The position numbers were made by a program, and so were the translations under genes. A stretch of 64,000 nt of DNA from an uncultured Candidatus Saccharibacteria bacterium (GTDB taxonomy: Bacteria > Patescibacteriota > Minisyncoccia > Phycocordibacterales > UBA1006), in assembly GCA_964350165.1 (NCBI GenBank), contig CAYGJA010000003.1, positions 4,233 through 68,232 of the forward strand, in the 5' to 3' direction. Positions within the stretch are counted from its first letter, which is position 1, and each line of letters begins with the position of its first letter. The notes beneath the pieces were generated by a model. That model saw only the letters and a list, made by a program, of their open reading frames with translations, was not told the DNA's origin and made no database searches. Below, piece after piece: positions 59,376 to 64,000 of this stretch.

Positions 59376-60079
59376 AATTCATTTTGATTAGTGAATATTC
59401 CTTTCATTTTTTCCAGAGTGTCTTCTGGATCTAGAACGGATACGGTATCAATAACGCCCACAACCGCCTCATCATTTCCTCCAGGAAACAACGCGTCTCC
59501 AAAATAAATACATTCTCTGCGATCCCAGCCCTTATGATTAATATAATCAGAAATATTACTACCCTTATTGCGACCCTTTATGGTGTAATCAAAACCAGTT
59601 GTGCCAGCAATTCTAATCTCAACCAAATCACTTTCAAAAGGAACGACTTTCAGTGCTTGTATTCTTTTTGAAAAATCAGGATCAAAAGAAAGCTTTAATT
59701 CCTGATGGTTATTAGAACCAATAACACTGTAGTTAACCTGACAGCCACGATTGTCGTAGTAAATCAAATCCGAGACTTCTTGATGCCCAAAGTAAGTACG
59801 CAAACGATTCACATGCTCGATAATGTCTCGTTCTGCCTCGCTAGAAAGTTCATGTTGCCACAAAGAACACTCATTTCCACATTGCGCCATTAACTCACAA
59901 TCCAAATCTTGCAACTGATATTTCATCTGCTCACGTTTTGCACCAGAAATAACCACCAATTTTCTGTCTTTCAGAAAGTCCACCATGGGTTTCAGTACTC
60001 TGGTTTTTGATTCAGCTAGTGTGCCATCCATGTCTGCAAATATGTATTTCTTAGAAAATGACCCGGTTTCACTGACCAT
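59372..60079 (-). CDS. HAD-IIB phosphomannomutase-like enzyme
   Basis: FADMDGTLAESK, VISGA, DNRGCQV, AGTTGFD, YFGDALFPGGNDE. Confidence 0.82.
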   Translation of the reverse strand: MVSETGSFSKKYIFADMDGTLAESKTRVLKPMVDFLKDRKLVVISGAKREQMKYQLQDLDCELMAQCGNECSLWQHELSSEAERDIIEHVNRLRTYFGHQEVSDLIYYDNRGCQVNYSVIGSNNHQELKLSFDPDFSKRIQALKVVPFESDLVEIRIAGTTGFDYTIKGRNKGSNISDYINHKGWDRRECIYFGDALFPGGNDEAVVGVIDTVSVLDPEDTLEKMKGIFTNQNEL

Positions 60080-60120
60080 ATGCCCGAGATTATACACACG
60101 GGACAATCCGAGGCAAGGTC

Positions 60121-61437
60121 TTATCTATTTCTTTCTTTGTAAAAAAGCAACAAAAAAAAGACAGCTCCTAGGGGTAACAACAGCCGCCAAAAAACACACC
60201 ACAACCCCAACAGGGCGATTGTAGCCAGAGCAACCAAAGACAAAATTACAAAGCTTTTTAGAAACACACTTTTTTTCCTTGTCTCTGCGACAGGACTCTG
60301 ACGATACCAAATCAAATGATTAACAAGAGATAGGAACAACGTCAGAACAAATACAAACCAAACCGTGGGCCAACAAGATGGCTTTTTGCTTTTTACTAAT
60401 GACAAAACTTCTGAATTTTGCTGAGAATTGGCACCCACACCTTGTTCCCCACTCGTGCTGGTTCCAGCAACTTCTCCAGGCGGAAGACTTTCGCTAAAAA
60501 ACAAATCCTGCACGGCTTTTTTTATAAAACCTGTACCGCTTGGTGTTTGACCGCGAAAATCACTTGCCCCCAACACCAATCCATCAGAAATCTGACCGGT
60601 CTCGTTTAAAACAAAAACATATTCTGGACTTGTGGTGAGCTGGCCATTAGACGAGGCCACTCGGTAACGATACTCCCCAGGAGAAAGATTAGCCAAAATC
60701 AATTCATGCGCAGTAACCAAAGCATCCTGATTGAGACCAAGAGGATACCCCAAAAGAGGTTGTCCGATATCTAGGACAAACGGACCATCTTCCACAGGGC
60801 CATACACAATTCCGGAATTCGAAGGAAGATTCGTTGTCCAGCCAATAGTGACATCAAAACCAGTCGAAGTAGCGGTAATATTCCGGACTCCTTCTCCAGA
60901 AATTTGAAGCGTCTGCGCCAAAAAACCACTAGCACCACCACTACCCACCGAGCCAGTTGGCGTAGTAATAATTGTTTCCCCTTCGGAGTTCTCTGTCACA
61001 AAACCAATCCACAAATCAAACTGCACTCTTCCACCCTGAGCATCATTGGCCAAATCAGTTTTCATTTCTGCGGCAAAATCATACCTCGTGGTGTCTCCCG
61101 CCCCCAAAACAAGCAAGGGGGCAAAATCTATTCGTTGCAAATCATCGAGACTTCCCGACCAAACAAGACTTGAATTTTGATAGACCAAAATATTAAGACC
61201 AACCAGCATATCCTTCGAATCAGAAATAACGTTCTGCACCCCTAGAACAACCTGTTGCGGTTCGTTTGTGTAATTGGCAACCTCGGCAAACCTATCTTCG
61301 ACTTTGTTCCCTGGACGATAATTTGTCTCATTAAAAAGTGGATCGGGAGAAAAAAGCACCCCAATATTGGCCGCTCCAACAACGCTTGGCAACAGAAGCA
61401 AAAGCAAAACTATTCCAATATTCCTAAATTTCCTCAT
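60121..61437 (-). CDS. Secreted/anchored protein, TasA/CalY-like N-domain + FN3-like domain + C-terminal TMs
   Basis: Signal peptide; PLFNETNYRPG...NDAQG; IGWTTNLPSNSGIVYG...LSPGEYRYRVASS; C-terminal TM helices. Confidence 0.6.
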   Translation of the reverse strand: MRKFRNIGIVLLLLLLPSVVGAANIGVLFSPDPLFNETNYRPGNKVEDRFAEVANYTNEPQQVVLGVQNVISDSKDMLVGLNILVYQNSSLVWSGSLDDLQRIDFAPLLVLGAGDTTRYDFAAEMKTDLANDAQGGRVQFDLWIGFVTENSEGETIITTPTGSVGSGGASGFLAQTLQISGEGVRNITATSTGFDVTIGWTTNLPSNSGIVYGPVEDGPFVLDIGQPLLGYPLGLNQDALVTAHELILANLSPGEYRYRVASSNGQLTTSPEYVFVLNETGQISDGLVLGASDFRGQTPSGTGFIKKAVQDLFFSESLPPGEVAGTSTSGEQGVGANSQQNSEVLSLVKSKKPSCWPTVWFVFVLTLFLSLVNHLIWYRQSPVAETRKKSVFLKSFVILSLVALATIALLGLWCVFWRLLLPLGAVFFLLLFYKERNR

Positions 61438-62605
61438 TAGTTTGTTCTGGTTCTGGCAATTGATTTGGTTGTCCTGGGGTTCTGGCCGTAGGCACCCATT
61501 GCGACGACCCATCAGGGAATCTACCTTCGCTGGTTTCGTCAGTGGCTTCGGCATAAGTCCATTGGTCAACGACCGTCAATCCATCAGGAAGATACAAAGT
61601 CACCGTATCGCCGTTATTATTATTCAAGCGGTCCCCGACCACAAAGACTAGAACCACAAATTCGCCTGGTCCAACTTCGGTCCCCTGATTCAGAGTATAC
61701 AGTTCGGCGTTATCTTCAGAAAAATCTCTAATAGTGTAATAAGCGGTGGAAGACCCTCTGATTTCAGATAATTGCCAACCGTCAATATCGACAATCTCGG
61801 AGCCCGTATTATAGACCTCTACCCACTCTTTTCCTTGCAGGGGTACGATGTTGCCAATAATCGCGTCGGCAGCTATTTCGTTCAAAATAATATCAGCATA
61901 CGAAGATTGACTGGCCTCGGTATCATCTCCCTCGTCATTTTGATCTTGATCTTCTTGGTCTTGGTCTTGGTCTTGGTCTTGGTCTTGGTCTTCATTTTGA
62001 TTATCGTCCTCTTCTTGTTCTTCTGGGTCAACATCCTCTTCTTCATCACCAAAGCCATTCGTTGCCAAAGAAAACGGAGCAATCTCTTTATCAAAAAAAC
62101 CAGCTCCATAGCCCTCAGCCACAGCAAAGGCTTTGACTACAATTTTGGCATCACAGACACCTGAATTTAACGAGATATTATCACCAACAAGGTATTCAAA
62201 ATCCCAAATCGCTTCGCCACCATCGACATAAGAAACGGCAGAAAAAGTGTTCATGTCAGAACTGACAACCTCATTGCCGTTCTGATAAGCAGTTATCAAT
62301 ATCTGGCCGCACAAATCACTGGCCTCTATTGGGACTATTTCTATCTGGTAAGCAAAAGTAGCCCGACCAACCACCAAACTAGTGTCGATAATTAATTGAT
62401 GACTGGTATTAAATCCTGGTTGTATATTCGAGGCAATCCCAGCGTCTGACCAAGCAGACAAAGCGACGTTTATGTCTATTGCCCCAGCTGTCCAAAGATT
62501 AATTTGACCTTGTTCGTTATCTTGGAATGAGGCCAGAGCAGTGCCCGAAAATGCCAGAAAGCCAGCCACCAGAATCATTATTCGTATCAAAAATGCCTTC
62601 ATCAT
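61424..62605 (-). CDS. Secreted protein with SipW-type signal, acidic linker and lamin-tail-like domain
   Basis: GTALASFQDNE (cf. SipW-class TxAxFxD); IILNEI...EWVEVYNTGSEIVDIDGWQL...LNNNNGDTVTL...TPGQPN. Confidence 0.75.
   Translation of the reverse strand: MMKAFLIRIMILVAGFLAFSGTALASFQDNEQGQINLWTAGAIDINVALSAWSDAGIASNIQPGFNTSHQLIIDTSLVVGRATFAYQIEIVPIEASDLCGQILITAYQNGNEVVSSDMNTFSAVSYVDGGEAIWDFEYLVGDNISLNSGVCDAKIVVKAFAVAEGYGAGFFDKEIAPFSLATNGFGDEEEDVDPEEQEEDDNQNEDQDQDQDQDQDQEDQDQNDEGDDTEASQSSYADIILNEIAADAIIGNIVPLQGKEWVEVYNTGSEIVDIDGWQLSEIRGSSTAYYTIRDFSEDNAELYTLNQGTEVGPGEFVVLVFVVGDRLNNNNGDTVTLYLPDGLTVVDQWTYAEATDETSEGRFPDGSSQWVPTARTPGQPNQLPEPEQTNEEI
61953..61992. repeat. (TCTTGG)6 microsatellite encoding DQ repeats
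   Basis: Six perfect hexamers, in frame in the acidic linker. Confidence 0.9.
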
Positions 62606-63108
62606 GTCTTTTTTTGTTTTTTAACAGCATTGCGTATTTTTCTGAATTCTTCGGCAACCACCAACACAAAAGGAATCCCCACCAATACCACAAAACCCCA
62701 GCGAGTTTTGGCCATGGATAACAAATATCCTACACCAGGAGCAACAGCTACGACCTTACCAAGCACATCTGTTCTTAAAATAGGCTGTTCGTCTGGGCTT
62801 TTATTTGCATCACCCTGAGTAACATAGGCGATTTGTCCAGCCACAATTTGATCACCAACAATACGGTGAGTAGTAGGCAGGGCTTCTTTTCCCCGTTCAT
62901 AAAAAGTAATAATGTCACCGATTTGATACTGTTCGGCGGCGTGAACAATCACCGCACTTCCGGTCTGAATCGCTGGCTCCATGGAACCCGAAGTCACCAC
63001 CATCGTCTGGTAGCCCAAAACAGGAAAAAGATTGGCCAACACCATCAGTAACAGGCCCGCAAAAACAAGCCCAAACACTCCGTAAAAAATTTTAAATAAA
63101 ATCTTCAT
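62602..63108 (-). CDS. sipW: Signal peptidase I, SipW/archaeal type
   Basis: VVTSGSMEPAI, GDIITF, THRIV (Ser-His dyad), TQGDANKSPD, VLGKV. Confidence 0.9.
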   Translation of the reverse strand: MKILFKIFYGVFGLVFAGLLLMVLANLFPVLGYQTMVVTSGSMEPAIQTGSAVIVHAAEQYQIGDIITFYERGKEALPTTHRIVGDQIVAGQIAYVTQGDANKSPDEQPILRTDVLGKVVAVAPGVGYLLSMAKTRWGFVVLVGIPFVLVVAEEFRKIRNAVKKQKKT

Positions 63109-63186
63109 AATTTTTCACTCGAACAAATCCGAGCAAGCCCCACCGGGCGACAATGTCACGCCGGTGTTCGCTTGCCAAGATTCTAG

Positions 63187-64000
63187 CTATACACTACAAC
63201 CCATCAAGAACTCAACCTTGCTCAACTCTTGACTGCTACCAAAGGTACCATCCAATTCAAGCTCGGCCGTCATGGTAAAGTCTGACGTGAAGTCAAAACC
63301 GGTAATGGTCCAGTTCTGCCAGTCATCAACGCTGTCTCCACCGGTTCCTCCACTAAAGCTTCCCAGGGCAAATCCACCAAGGTTAACATTATTGAGGTTA
63401 ACGGTTGTACCGGCATCTCGGTTCACAACTGCCAATTGAGCAGTATCCCAAGTGGTACATGCTGCTCCAGCCAAAGACTTGCTTATGGTTGGATTAGTAC
63501 CAACAGTTGTAAAGAGGGTATCAGTATCGGCATCATATTCAACCGTCACATTATGAGTACCCGGCTTGGTCCAACTGAGATTTTGTGCCACTCTTCCAGC
63601 CGCAGACCCCAAATCATGCAACCCAGCATAGACCTCTTCACCACCTGTGTTATTGAAGGATCGGAATCGTGCTCCAGCGGCAGAGGTCATATCAGCTACA
63701 CCCAACACTACCTGTGGTGGGGTTACGGGATTAAGCGATCCACAAGAAAAACTAGGATTGTTTGCAAACTGCATTCCAATAAATTTCATGGTCATTTCTA
63801 CTCCATCGGTCTGGGCTTGGTTGGTGTCTGGAGCTGAGCCATCACAACCAGCCGCTGGGTCTAGAGGATCTACAAAAGTTCCAAAACAATACTGGAATCC
63901 AACCTCGCCTCGGACATTGTCGTCCAAGTTCAGACCATTGGTGCTATCCATCAAAGTCATCCAACTGCCATCAAAATCGGTGACATTGGCAATCTGAAGT
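63187..64000 (-). CDS. Probable TasA/CalY-like SipW substrate, C-terminal part (frame open to the window end)
   Basis: Frame stays open upstream of 63960; YCFG...GCDG...NQAQTDGVEMTMKF; directly upstream of sipW. Confidence 0.55.
   Translation of the reverse strand, partial: LQIANVTDFDGSWMTLMDSTNGLNLDDNVRGEVGFQYCFGTFVDPLDPAAGCDGSAPDTNQAQTDGVEMTMKFIGMQFANNPSFSCGSLNPVTPPQVVLGVADMTSAAGARFRSFNNTGGEEVYAGLHDLGSAAGRVAQNLSWTKPGTHNVTVEYDADTDTLFTTVGTNPTISKSLAGAACTTWDTAQLAVVNRDAGTTVNLNNVNLGGFALGSFSGGTGGDSVDDWQNWTITGFDFTSDFTMTAELELDGTFGSSQELSKVEFLMGCSV

Noticed and set aside
61953-61992. Phase-variable repeat or CRISPR-like array
   Set aside because: The hexamer unit preserves frame and simply encodes a DQ linker; there are no spacers.

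Overview
Chromosomal fragment of a Patescibacteria (CPR) bacterium, most likely Parcubacteria/Paceibacteria. This is inferred from the 16S signatures, the short IF-2, the array of VirB2/TrbC-like pilins and the gene content. Standard code 11 reads all genes. The window holds housekeeping genes (iscS, infB-rbfA, gyrA, rpsA, pth, mscL, groES/EL, secG, rnj), four tRNAs, and an unlinked 16S rRNA gene lacking the canonical anti-Shine-Dalgarno tail; many genes look leaderless. Four regions stand out. (1) 25.2-31.9 kb: three signal-peptide proteins resembling a polymorphic effector family. Two share a 564-bp identical N-terminal block but end in different enzymes (SAM methyltransferase versus protein-kinase-like); the third is a divergent kinase-tipped relative; there are no immunity genes. 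(2) Two ~190-200 bp non-coding, highly structured elements with a shared architecture sit behind tRNA-Cys and tRNA-Leu, each ending in a copy of the host tRNA 3' end that starts at the T-loop. (3) 48.5-60 kb: a polysaccharide synthesis cluster (PMM, NTP transferases, GtrA-oxidoreductase, DPM1-like + processive GT2, GT-C/GH8 fusion, GH6) next to a SipW/TasA-like operon. (4) A pilin array carrying a repeated Cys-rich domain I do not recognise. No CRISPR array, integrase, transposase or reverse transcriptase was seen. All calls come from reading motifs by eye; no database searches were run.
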